A stretch of 64,000 nucleotides of DNA from Polyangiales bacterium (lineage in GTDB: Bacteria > Myxococcota_A > Polyangia > Polyangiales > JAFGIB01). The notes under the pieces were generated by a model that saw nothing but the letters and a program-made list of their open reading frames with translations, made no database searches and was not told the DNA's origin. Positions 46,551-55,693 of the stretch are shown piece after piece. Position numbers and translations under genes: made by a program. The stretch is from the NCBI GenBank assembly GCA_035274465.1, contig DATEOF010000468.1, forward strand, positions 8,044-72,043, in the 5' to 3' direction. Positions within the stretch are counted from its first letter, which is position 1. Every line of letters starts with the position of its first letter.

Positions 46551-47058
46551 GCACTTGATTCGCGCGGCTGCCACGATCGCCGATGACGACGAGCTAGTCG
46601 TGATCGGCAGTCAGTCCATTCTGGGCGCGTACCCGGTAGCGCCGCCCGAGTTGCTCGTGTCAGTAGAGGCCGATTTGTATCCCAAGAATCACCCGGAACG
46701 CGCCGATCTCATCGATGGAACGATCGGTGAGCTATCACCCTTCCATGAGACCTATGGGTACTACGCGCAAGGTGTGGGCCCGGAGACGGCCGTGCTTCCT
46801 GAAGCGTGGGAGACCCGGTTGATCACGATCCAGAACGACAATACTCGGTGGGCGAAGGGCATGTGTCTCGAGCCGCACGATCTCATCCTGTCCAAGTACG
46901 TCGCCGGACGCGAGAAGGACCTGGTCTTCGTGAAGGTCGCAGCTGAGCACGGCATCGTGCAACGGGCGCACTTGGAGCAGCGATTGGCGGCCCTGAAGAT
47001 CTCGGATGCCCAGCGTGAATTGGTGGCGCAGCGGATCGCGCGCGATCACGCCGGCTAA
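46531..47058 (+). CDS. nucleotidyltransferase-fold protein (DUF6036-like)
   Basis: LVVIGSQSILGAYP (hGS motif) followed by SVEADLYP (acidic pair). C-terminal CLEPHDLILSKYVAGREKD block. Confidence 0.65.
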   Translation: MTRQQLEHLIRAAATIADDDELVVIGSQSILGAYPVAPPELLVSVEADLYPKNHPERADLIDGTIGELSPFHETYGYYAQGVGPETAVLPEAWETRLITIQNDNTRWAKGMCLEPHDLILSKYVAGREKDLVFVKVAAEHGIVQRAHLEQRLAALKISDAQRELVAQRIARDHAG

Positions 47059-47074
47059 GCGCACCGGCCAACCG

Positions 47075-48439
47075 TCAGAACTCGACCTTCGCGGCGCGTG
47101 CTCGTGCGCGGTCGCGATCGGCCTCGGCGATCCAGCGATCCTCGAACATCCGTTGCAGGGCTTCGTCGAAGCGGCGCCGGTAGCTCTCGGGCGTGCCGTA
47201 GAGCGCGCGCAACTTGTCCGGCGAGAACGGAGTCATGCAGCCCATCAGGTCGGCGATGTCGGCCGGCTCGAGCACGGGGCGCGATGGAGTCGAGCTGGGC
47301 GGGTTGCTCGGGCGCGGGGCTGTCGTGGTGCTGTGAGGGTAGTAGCTGGCGATCGGCACATCGACCCAGGGCGAGCGTACGCCACCGATCGCGTTGCCGT
47401 GTTCATCGCGCTCCAAGGGCCGCGCCTGGTCGCGCAGCCCACGGCGGCCGGATGGATCCGCTGAAAAGACCAGTCGCTCGGCGCGCGGTGCCGGCACCTG
47501 GTCGACGACCCAGCGGCGCAGGTTGAGGAGCGCGCCGCCGCACAGCATGTCCATGGGGAAATCGCTGGGCTCCTCGAGGACGGGGATCGCCGACATGGAC
47601 TCGCGCGAGGTCATGTGACACGCGCCCGGCACCTCGTACAGACGGTAGCGATCTTCGAGCGCGTCGCTGTCTGGGCGCCGCGCGCCGGCATTCGTCTCGG
47701 CCTCGCCTTCGCTCAGGAGCTCGATCACAGGTACGTCGAGCGGCTGGATCGTGCGACGCCGATCATCGGCAGGCAGCTGCGGCACGCCCCGACCGAGAGG
47801 CGTATAGCCGCCGAGCAGGAACGCTCCGGAAGAGATCTGGATCAGGTAGCCTTCGATCGCCGGGCCACCATCGGGCCGCCGCGCGCGCGCGTGGAAGCCA
47901 TCGCCGATGAACACACGCTGAAAGGTGCCGGTGAACGAGGCGCCGGTCATGAACATGTGCGACAGCGGCTGAACGGGGCTCCCCGAACCACGCAACCAGG
48001 TCGCGACCTGTGCCACGATGTCGAACCCGAGGCCGAACTCCGGAAGGTCGAGATCCGCGTAGCGCTCCGGATCTTGATTTTTCAGCACTCGCAAACCGGA
48101 CACGTCTTGCGTGACGCCGATCCAGATCATGCGCTCGCGCAGGATCGTGCGGCCGGTGCGCGGCCAGGCAGACGCCATGTCGCCCGCCGGGTGCAAAGCC
48201 TCCAGCACCGCATCGCCGCTGGCACGTGCCGGATCTTCCGGCCTGCGCACGAGCACGCGCGTCCGGTATGGAATGTCGCCGCGGCTCTGCACGGTGTTCC
48301 AGTGCGCATCGTACGTGTACAGGTCGGCCCGACCGGCGATGACGAACTCTTGCTCGACATAACCCGCAGCTTCGAGCTGCTTGCCAACCCCGAGTGCGCG
48401 CCCCGCTCGCGGCCCTTCCACGCTGGCGATCGTGTGCAT
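47075..48439 (-). CDS. hypothetical protein, possibly alpha/beta-hydrolase-domain family
   Basis: 454-aa ORF with good GC3. The N-terminal GYVEQEFVIAGRADLY resembles an uncharacterised hydrolase-domain family. The assignment is weak. Confidence 0.55.
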   Translation of the reverse strand: MHTIASVEGPRAGRALGVGKQLEAAGYVEQEFVIAGRADLYTYDAHWNTVQSRGDIPYRTRVLVRRPEDPARASGDAVLEALHPAGDMASAWPRTGRTILRERMIWIGVTQDVSGLRVLKNQDPERYADLDLPEFGLGFDIVAQVATWLRGSGSPVQPLSHMFMTGASFTGTFQRVFIGDGFHARARRPDGGPAIEGYLIQISSGAFLLGGYTPLGRGVPQLPADDRRRTIQPLDVPVIELLSEGEAETNAGARRPDSDALEDRYRLYEVPGACHMTSRESMSAIPVLEEPSDFPMDMLCGGALLNLRRWVVDQVPAPRAERLVFSADPSGRRGLRDQARPLERDEHGNAIGGVRSPWVDVPIASYYPHSTTTAPRPSNPPSSTPSRPVLEPADIADLMGCMTPFSPDKLRALYGTPESYRRRFDEALQRMFEDRWIAEADRDRARARAAKVEF

Positions 48440-48447
48440 GGTGTTTC

Positions 48448-49284
48448 CTAACGACCGGTGAAGCGTGGGGCGCGTTTCTCCACGAAGTGCGCCACGCCTT
48501 CCTTGAAGTCTGCCGACGTGAAGCTCTTCAGCATCTCGCGATCGGCGATCTCCAGCGAGACATCGAACGATTGGGTCAACGACTTCCAGAGCTGCGCCTT
48601 GATCACGGCCAGCGAGCGCGGCGACACCTCGTCGGTCAACGCGCGCAATCGCCCGAGCACGTCGTCCATGAACGTCGCGTGGGCGAACGTCTCGTTCACG
48701 AGCCCGATCGTCGCAGCCTCGGCGGCCTGGACGCGCCTTGCAGACAGCATCAGATCCAATGCGCGCGCGGGCCCGATCAAGCGCGGCAGCAGCCAGGAGC
48801 TGCCGTGTTCCGCGATCAAGCCGCGCTTCGCGAAGGCAGTCGTGAACATGGCCTGATCACTCGCCCAGCGCAGGTCACAGAACAGCGTGAGCACGAAGCC
48901 GATGCCGGCGCAGGGCCCGTTGATGGCCGCGATGATCGGTTTGCCGACCGACAGCAGATAGCCGAAGCGACCCGGGTACGGCGTGGAGAGCTCGGGATCG
49001 AGCTCACTCGCGACGGCCGCTGGCTTCGCCGCTTCGCGCCGCGTCGCCGAAGCAGCCGAGGCCCCTTGCAGGAGCTCCATGTCCGCACCGGCACAAAAAC
49101 CACGTCCCGCACCCGTGATCACGATCGCTCGCGCGCTGTCATCGCCTGCCGCCGCGAGAACCGCACGCTTGACGCTGTGCTCCATCGGGGTGGTCCAGGC
49201 ATTCAGCCGCTCCGGACGATTCAGCGTGATGATGCCGACGCTGCCCTGCTGGCGGTACGCGATGTGTTCGTAGTCTTCGGCCAT
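48448..49284 (-). CDS. enoyl-CoA hydratase/isomerase (crotonase) family protein
   Basis: GSVGIITLNRPERLNAW, VITGAGRGFCAGADM, and the INGPCAGIG oxyanion-hole block. Confidence 0.9.
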   Translation of the reverse strand: MAEDYEHIAYRQQGSVGIITLNRPERLNAWTTPMEHSVKRAVLAAAGDDSARAIVITGAGRGFCAGADMELLQGASAASATRREAAKPAAVASELDPELSTPYPGRFGYLLSVGKPIIAAINGPCAGIGFVLTLFCDLRWASDQAMFTTAFAKRGLIAEHGSSWLLPRLIGPARALDLMLSARRVQAAEAATIGLVNETFAHATFMDDVLGRLRALTDEVSPRSLAVIKAQLWKSLTQSFDVSLEIADREMLKSFTSADFKEGVAHFVEKRAPRFTGR

Positions 49285-49302
49285 GACACCCTCCGTTCGA
49301 AG

Positions 49303-50004
49303 TCAGCCTCGCGGCAGCTCCAGCTCGTCATCGGAGTCGGAGTCGGACTCATCGAGGTCCAGGAGCGAACCCATGTGCGCGACGTCGAAGCCGTCCACGC
49401 CAACGCTCTCCGTGAGGCGATTGATGATCGCGGCGACGTTGTCGTGTGGGCCGGTGATGTAGATCGGCCGTTCGGCTGCATGCCAGGGGGTCGGCAGCAG
49501 CACTTCGGGTCGCGGTTCGAAGAGTGTCAGCTCGGCGTCTGGATGCGCTCGAAAGCCGAGGCGTTCGGCGTAGTCGAGCGCATGGAACACGATCGACTGC
49601 GCGACCTGCGGCTCACACGCCTCCCAGCCGCCATGCGCCGTGAACGTGTCCTCGAGCCAGTCGTCCAACTCGCTCGGGTGCATGGGGTCGGCGAGAAAGC
49701 CGTTCTTGATCCCGAGACACGTGCGGTCCACGAGCGCGACACTCGGCAACAGGCTGCCGTTGCCGAGCACCCGCGTGACGACCACGGTCACCAAGCTCGG
49801 GGGCTGTTCGTCGCTGTCCCAACCGTTGCTCAACGCGCACGGGCCAAACGGCGCGCGTCCAGCGCTCGCAACCAGACGCTGGGACTGTTGGTCCCGTACC
49901 AGTCGAGCCTGTTGCCTCACGACCTTTCGCTTCTTGCGCTTCTTCTCGATCTTGCGCTGCCGGCGGTCGACCATGCGTTGCGGCTCCCTTCGCGAGCGCG
50001 ACAT
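49303..50004 (-). CDS. hypothetical protein with basic N-terminus and acidic C-terminal tail
   Basis: N-terminus RRQRKIEKKRKKRKVVRQQ and C-terminus LLDLDESDSDSDDELELP around a globular core. Co-oriented, 18 nt upstream of the crotonase gene. Confidence 0.55.
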   Translation of the reverse strand: MSRSRREPQRMVDRRQRKIEKKRKKRKVVRQQARLVRDQQSQRLVASAGRAPFGPCALSNGWDSDEQPPSLVTVVVTRVLGNGSLLPSVALVDRTCLGIKNGFLADPMHPSELDDWLEDTFTAHGGWEACEPQVAQSIVFHALDYAERLGFRAHPDAELTLFEPRPEVLLPTPWHAAERPIYITGPHDNVAAIINRLTESVGVDGFDVAHMGSLLDLDESDSDSDDELELPRG

Positions 50005-50142
50005 TACACGGGTACGCGGCTGCCGGGCATGCCATCATACGTGACGCGCTTCGTGCGCCCGGAAACTGGGATGTCTTCGCGCGGACGGCAAATCGGTTTC
50101 AGCCGTGGAGAGGCGTCGCGCGACTAATCGAGATAGGCTCCG

Positions 50143-51135
50143 ATGAAGGTTCGTTTCGCGCGTGTGATCACTGGGTTTTCCGGCTCCGAGCTCGCGAAGA
50201 CGCCACAAGCTGCGCGGCCTCGCGCCCCTGACCTGCGCGCCCTTCGCGGCGCCAAGCTCGCGACGGCGATCGTGTACCCGTACGTGGCCGAGCCCGCCAG
50301 GGTGGCGGCAGCCCCGTCGAGCTGGCCTTTCGCACCGACGACACCGCCAGCGGGCGCCAAGCCCGAGCAGGCTCTCGTCCAGGTGCCCGCGCCTGAACCG
50401 GAGCGGGAACGGGCCGACCTCTCACCGGCTCCACCGCTCGCCGCCGATGCGGCGGTTGACGCGACGCCAAGCCCGTCGATCAAAGCGCCGCCGATTCAAG
50501 TGCCACCCCCTGCAGGGAGCACAGAACCGCCGCCCGCACCTCCCACCGAGCCGAGCGCCGAAGTCGCGGCGCCGCCGCAGCTGGAGAGTCCATCGCTCTC
50601 CGAATCGGCTCCTGCTGTCGCCGAAGAGATTGGGCCTGCCGAACCACTGCCGGGTCCTCTCCCTGCCACCGTCGAGATTCCTGCGCCGGCAGATTCGCAA
50701 CCGGTAGCTTTGGACACTGCAGCTGATGGCGGCGAGCAGCTCGAGCCCGGCCTCGAAGAGCGACCCAGCCGGGCCCGCATCGTCGAGCGGCTCTGGGAGG
50801 ATCCGATCCGCGAGGAGCTCGAGGTGAACCTCGGAGCGACGACCGAGTCGAACCTGTATGTCGACGTGGACCTGCGAGTCGCGAACGGGGGCGTGTTCGT
50901 CGCGACCTATCAGGCCCTCCCGCTCGGGACCCAAGTCTCACTGAACATCACGCTGGCGGGCGGGCTGGCCACGTCTGCCCACGGACGCGTCACGCTGCAG
51001 CGCGAGTCGCTCGAAGCGTTCGGAGATGCGGCACCTGGTGTGTGCGTGGCATTCGAATTGCTGTCGAGCGAGGCGCTCGCTCTCCTGGAGCAGTTTGCTG
51101 CGATCCGCACGCCGTGGTTGATCGAGGACGAGTAA
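50143..51135 (+). CDS. Pro-rich protein with C-terminal PilZ-like (myxobacterial paralogous PilZ-type) domain
   Basis: Long Pro/Ala-rich middle region. C-terminal ...RVANGGVFVATYQALPLGTQVSLNITL...GRVTL...GVCVAFELL matches the layout of the PilZ-type beta-barrel. Confidence 0.5.
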   Translation: MKVRFARVITGFSGSELAKTPQAARPRAPDLRALRGAKLATAIVYPYVAEPARVAAAPSSWPFAPTTPPAGAKPEQALVQVPAPEPERERADLSPAPPLAADAAVDATPSPSIKAPPIQVPPPAGSTEPPPAPPTEPSAEVAAPPQLESPSLSESAPAVAEEIGPAEPLPGPLPATVEIPAPADSQPVALDTAADGGEQLEPGLEERPSRARIVERLWEDPIREELEVNLGATTESNLYVDVDLRVANGGVFVATYQALPLGTQVSLNITLAGGLATSAHGRVTLQRESLEAFGDAAPGVCVAFELLSSEALALLEQFAAIRTPWLIEDE

Positions 51136-51142
51136 CGCAGGC

Positions 51143-51703
51143 TCACAGGCTCGCGTCGACGTTGAGCTCGATTTCGAAGGTCACGGAGGAGTCGAGCTTG
51201 GTTGCCGTCATGGCGCCCGAGACTTCCAGCTGCGCGCCGATTTGAGCCGGGGCGCTGGATGCGGTGCTTTGCTGTAGCGTGGCTTCATCCACGACGTGGT
51301 CGGCGCTGCAGTCGATGCTGGATGCCCGCTGCTCGTCTGCGCTCAGCGTCCGCGCGCAGAGCTCGATGGTCTCGGCCGCTGTGACCAGCTGTACTCGAAT
51401 CGCCGTGATACCGGCGAACGTCGTGTCGGTCGCCAGTTGGACGGAGACTACGCGTAGCTGGACCTCCGCCGAGTCGATGTGGTCGCGCTCGCGTAGCTGA
51501 TCGACCTCGTCCAGGACCGATTTGGCGAACGAGAGCTCGTCGGCCACGCCCACGGCGGTGAGTGTATGCGAGCCCGTGTCGCCGGCGACGGCTGCAACGC
51601 CGGGCAGGGTGAACTGGCGCTCTGCCTCGAAGCTTTGGGTTCCGCTGATCGAGGCGCAGGCGACCAGCACACAGAGCGGCATGAAGAGCGTGTACGGTTT
51701 CAT
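51143..51703 (-). CDS. lipoprotein, unknown function
   Basis: Lipobox CVLVAC. 186 aa. Starts 1 nt after the stop of the upstream gene. Confidence 0.6.
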   Translation of the reverse strand: MKPYTLFMPLCVLVACASISGTQSFEAERQFTLPGVAAVAGDTGSHTLTAVGVADELSFAKSVLDEVDQLRERDHIDSAEVQLRVVSVQLATDTTFAGITAIRVQLVTAAETIELCARTLSADEQRASSIDCSADHVVDEATLQQSTASSAPAQIGAQLEVSGAMTATKLDSSVTFEIELNVDASL

Positions 51704-51704
51704 G

Positions 51705-52325
51705 TCACAACTCGAAGTAGCCCGTGAGGCCCAGGGTTACGCTTGGAAAGAGGTGGATGCGCACGTAGGGCTGCGTAGCGGTCCGCAGCCCTTCGAAGGT
51801 GGTTGGACTTCGGCTGGCGGCCCAGAGGTGCGAGTAGCCTGCGCGCGCGAACAGGCGAAAGCGGCTGCGCCGGCCGAACTCGATGCCGGGTTGGATGTTC
51901 ACGTAATACAGCTGATATTGCGTCGTCTCGCTCGAAGGGATCTTCGCCCACGCGCTGTAGCCACCGGCGACAGTCAGCGTCGGTGCGAGCACCCAGTCGA
52001 ATGGATCGAAGGTCACACCCGCACGCGCGCCGAACGACAACAAGCCGGTGACCGCGAGGTCGATGTGCAACAGGTTGGTGCCTGGGTGGATGGAGATGCC
52101 CGGTGCGATCCCCTCCGGAACGCCAGCGAGGAGCGTCACGCCGATGAACCGCACATTCGAATCTGGTCCGAGGACAGGCGGAAGCTCGCGTCGTTCCTCG
52201 ACCTCGTACCACTCACCATCGGGCTGCTGCGCCCAGCGTTGCGCCTCGACGCGGCAAGAGCTGGTCACCGTGACAAAGAAGAGCAATAGCGCGAAGGGAA
52301 GCTCGCAAAGTAGTTGATTTCGCAT
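51705..52325 (-). CDS. exported protein with beta-barrel-like strand pattern
   Basis: Start placed at ATG 52325 (MRNQLLCELPFALLLFFVTVTSSC...). Alternating hydrophobic strands run to the C-terminus GLTGYFEL. The upstream part of the track ORF is Arg-rich. Confidence 0.5.
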   Translation of the reverse strand: MRNQLLCELPFALLLFFVTVTSSCRVEAQRWAQQPDGEWYEVEERRELPPVLGPDSNVRFIGVTLLAGVPEGIAPGISIHPGTNLLHIDLAVTGLLSFGARAGVTFDPFDWVLAPTLTVAGGYSAWAKIPSSETTQYQLYYVNIQPGIEFGRRSRFRLFARAGYSHLWAASRSPTTFEGLRTATQPYVRIHLFPSVTLGLTGYFEL

Positions 52326-52463
52326 ACTCGAGATCAGTGTTGCCTGACGCTCAGTTGCACTCGGCGTGCCACGCAGGTGCGGGGCGATTTGAGGCCTCAC
52401 GGCGCGACGCGATCGGGGCACGTGTCTCGGCACGTGCCTCGCTGTGCAACAGGCGGACGTCCT

Positions 52464-53858
52464 TCAGGCCAGGTTGGGCAGCGGGCCGGTCGCGCCGCTC
52501 GGATCACCGAACGTCATCAGATCGGTAACACCCATGGCGTGCGCGATCGATACGAGCATTTGGTTGTTGTCGCGCCGGTTGCTGCTGTAATCGAGGAAGC
52601 GACCCGCGCGAATCTTGCCGCCGGCGCTGCCCGCCAGCACGTAGGGCATCATCGTGAGATCGTGTTGCGTGGCTTCGCCGATCTCGGTGGCCCAGAGCAA
52701 GATGCTGTTGTCGAGCAAGCTACGGTCGCCCTCTTTGTACGAGTCGAGCTTCGCGAGGAAGTACACGAGCTGCTGCGCGTACCAGGTCTGGATCTTGTTG
52801 TAGGCGGTGAAGTTCGTGCCGCTCTGCGAGAAGTCGTGGGAGATCACGTGGTGACTTCCATTGACGCCGAGGAACTGAAACAGGTGTTCGCTCTCGGAAT
52901 ACGACCACTGAAAGGTGAGGATGCGGGTCTGATCACACGCCAGCGCTGCGGCCGCCAGATCCATCTGCAGCTGGCCCGCTTTCACGTATTGGTCGTCGTT
53001 CTTGAGATCGACGCTGTCCATCGCGGGTGCCGCGCAGCTACCCGCGTTGCTCGTCGGGGCAGGGCCGGAGCTCGCCATGCCGATCAAGCGTTGCTCGACG
53101 TCGCGCATCGAGGTCAAGTGTGCGTCGAGCTTCAGGCGATCCTCGGCGCCGACGATTCCCATCAAGCGCCGGGTTTCGGCGTTCGTGGCGTCGAGGATGC
53201 TCTTGCGCTGAGCCCACAGCCGCGTGAGCGCCGGGTTGGGCGCGCCTGGCGCCGCTCCCGGCGTCGAAGCTCCGAACAACGCGCCGAACACGTCTTTGGG
53301 ATCTTCGCGCGGCGGGATCGGTTGATCTGCGCCCGAGTACGAGATGCGCGCGCGTACCTCGGTGTCCCGCACGTGGACGCCGAGCTGCATGCTCTTGAAC
53401 GTCGTGTTCGGCGCGAGGCGGCTGGCGAGGTACTGGTCGAGTGACTGGCCGCTGCCCCAGCCCGACGTGGTGTTGCCGAAGCTCTTGAACTGCGTGCCGG
53501 CCTTGAGCGGGCGAGCAGTCAGCATTCCGCCGGTTCCACGCGCGTGCTCCGAGCCGAGCGTTCCGCCGAGCGCGCCGTTCTGCAACGAGTCGTTCAGGCG
53601 GATGCCCTTGAGGAACGTGAGTTTGCTCGTCCAGGACGCGAGGTCGGCCGTGAGCGTGTTCACTTTGTAGTTGGTCTCGGTACCCGTCGGCCAGAACATG
53701 TTGTTGCGCGTGCCGTTGGGCGTCGCGAACACGATGAAGCGCGTCGGGCCGGCCACTGGCTGCGCGCGGGCGAAGCGCGCGTTCAGAAGTGGAACGGTGA
53801 TCGTGGCCGCGAGCGAGCCGCGCAAGAGTTCTCGTCTGGAAACCCGCAGGAAATTCAT
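52464..53858 (-). CDS. DUF1552 family protein with twin-arginine signal (module C)
   Basis: MNFLRVSRRELLRGSLAA Tat motif and a SHHVISHD block. GAGGAGG lies 6 nt upstream of ATG 53858. Confidence 0.85.
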   Translation of the reverse strand: MNFLRVSRRELLRGSLAATITVPLLNARFARAQPVAGPTRFIVFATPNGTRNNMFWPTGTETNYKVNTLTADLASWTSKLTFLKGIRLNDSLQNGALGGTLGSEHARGTGGMLTARPLKAGTQFKSFGNTTSGWGSGQSLDQYLASRLAPNTTFKSMQLGVHVRDTEVRARISYSGADQPIPPREDPKDVFGALFGASTPGAAPGAPNPALTRLWAQRKSILDATNAETRRLMGIVGAEDRLKLDAHLTSMRDVEQRLIGMASSGPAPTSNAGSCAAPAMDSVDLKNDDQYVKAGQLQMDLAAAALACDQTRILTFQWSYSESEHLFQFLGVNGSHHVISHDFSQSGTNFTAYNKIQTWYAQQLVYFLAKLDSYKEGDRSLLDNSILLWATEIGEATQHDLTMMPYVLAGSAGGKIRAGRFLDYSSNRRDNNQMLVSIAHAMGVTDLMTFGDPSGATGPLPNLA

Positions 53859-53871
53859 GAAGGCCTCCTCA

Positions 53872-55629
53872 TTACTGTGTGACCGGTGCGCGATACCAAA
53901 ACGCGTCCGTTTGTGTCATGCCGACCAAAAGCTCGACCAGGTCGCCGCCAGAAGCTGCGAACGCGTCTTGTAGCGTCGCCAGGGAACACGCATCCGCATC
54001 CGCCTCGCTGCGCCCGGATGCAAACCGAAACCAGTGCGTGGCCAGGCAATCCTGTGCCTGGTTGCTCGCCGCGAGTTTGGTCGCGAGCTCTCGGACGCCG
54101 TTGAACGTGCCGGCCAGACTCGGGTCGCTCGTCCCGAGGACTTCGCCGGACACGTCGATCGGTCCACCGCTCTCTCGGTCGCGGTACTGGCCGATGGCGT
54201 CGAAGTTCTCGAACGCCAGGCCGATCGGATCCATGAGCCGGTGACAGCCGTTGCAGCTCGTGCCTGCCGTCAAGTGCGCGCCGAAGCGTTCGCGCGCGGT
54301 CGCGCCCTCCTTCACGTCTGGAGGAGTGATGTCGACGTCCGGTGGTGGCGGCGGCGGCGGTTGGCACAACAGCCTCGAACGGATGAACTTGCCGCGTAGC
54401 ACCGGCGACGTTTGGTCGGGATGCGCGTGCACCGCGGCGAATCCAGCTTGCGTCAAGATGCCCGCACGCCCCTGATTCGCAGGCAAGCTGACCATGCGCG
54501 GCGTTGCGCTCTCGGGCCCTTGCGACGAAACCCCGTAGACGCGCGCCAGCGGCCCACTCACGAACGCGATCGGTGCCGTGAGCAGGCTGCTCCACTTGCG
54601 ATCGCCCGACCACAACACGTACTCCACCAATGCGGGCAGCTCGCGGGCCATCGCGTCGCGAAGCGCGGGTGAATACGCGGGAAAGAGCGCGGTACTCTTG
54701 GTGATGATGTCCAGGCGGTTGGTCCCCATCCACTGCGTGAAGAAGTCGGTGATCGCGACGCGCGCCCTGGGATCGTTCAGCAGCTCGCGAGCCTTCACGG
54801 CCAGCTTGGCTTTGGTGTCGAGCTCGCCGCGGGCAGCTGCATCGAGCAAGGCATCACTCGGCCCCGACGCCCACAGTAGATATGACATGCGCGTCGCCAG
54901 CTCGAACTGACTCAGCGGTACGCGTGTTGCGGTCGCGCCGGCTGGGGTCGCAGTCTCGAGGCGGTAGAGGAAGTGAACTGACTGGAGTGCCGCTCGAATC
55001 ATGACCTCGAGCCCCTCGGCGTAGCTCCCGCCCGTTCTTCCGGCGTTGTACGCCAGCATCAAGTACTGCTCGTCTTGCGGAACCAGCGCGCGACGAAACG
55101 CGCGCCGGCCGAAGCTGCGCGCGAACGCGAGCGCACAGGCGTCCTCGCCTTGCGCCGACGTGTTGCACGACGTGAGCTTGGCGAGGTTCTGGACGGCGGC
55201 TTTGGCCAGCGCCTCTGACACCAACACGTACTTCTCTGCGTGCAGCGCGGAGACCGTCAGCACCGCCGCGTTGTTGTTGAAACCGTCGGTCACCTCATCC
55301 ACCGGGAGATCGTTGGCCGCCGCCGGATCGACGCCGAGCAGATCGCGAACGCTGTTCGCATACTCGAAGCGCGTGAGACGCCGCAGCGGGGTTCGCGCGA
55401 CTTCCGCAGACGAGCAATCGACCCCCGGCTTCGCTCCGCTCCCCGGCACGGGATTCGTGCCGGCCGTTACAACACCGGGCGGGACGACTGCGCCGGGACT
55501 CATCGCGTCTCGACCCACGCTGGGGACATCCTCCTCCGGGCCCGCGCAGCCAGCTTGGACCGCCAACAGCACTGCCACCCTCAAGAAAGTCGTGCGGGCC
55601 ATGCATCTCATGCCCCGCGAGCGGCGCAA
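53872..55629 (-). CDS. DUF1592-type multidomain lipoprotein with CXXCH (module C)
   Basis: Lipobox LAVQAGC. RLTRFEYANSVRDLLGVD, SVHFLYRLE, SPVLRGKFIRSRLLC and CNGCHRLMDPIGLAFENFDAIGQYR. Confidence 0.85.
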   Translation of the reverse strand: MRRSRGMRCMARTTFLRVAVLLAVQAGCAGPEEDVPSVGRDAMSPGAVVPPGVVTAGTNPVPGSGAKPGVDCSSAEVARTPLRRLTRFEYANSVRDLLGVDPAAANDLPVDEVTDGFNNNAAVLTVSALHAEKYVLVSEALAKAAVQNLAKLTSCNTSAQGEDACALAFARSFGRRAFRRALVPQDEQYLMLAYNAGRTGGSYAEGLEVMIRAALQSVHFLYRLETATPAGATATRVPLSQFELATRMSYLLWASGPSDALLDAAARGELDTKAKLAVKARELLNDPRARVAITDFFTQWMGTNRLDIITKSTALFPAYSPALRDAMARELPALVEYVLWSGDRKWSSLLTAPIAFVSGPLARVYGVSSQGPESATPRMVSLPANQGRAGILTQAGFAAVHAHPDQTSPVLRGKFIRSRLLCQPPPPPPPDVDITPPDVKEGATARERFGAHLTAGTSCNGCHRLMDPIGLAFENFDAIGQYRDRESGGPIDVSGEVLGTSDPSLAGTFNGVRELATKLAASNQAQDCLATHWFRFASGRSEADADACSLATLQDAFAASGGDLVELLVGMTQTDAFWYRAPVTQ

Positions 55630-55693
55630 CGATCACGCTAACGTCCAGGGAGCACTGCCCCAGGCTGCCAGATGCCTTTCCTCGGGAAGCGCG

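Noticed and set aside
48394-50127. 577-aa plus-strand ORF spanning three minus-strand genes.
   Set aside because: It is antisense to the crotonase gene (clear family motifs) and has an Arg/Asp/His-rich composition with no recognisable domain.
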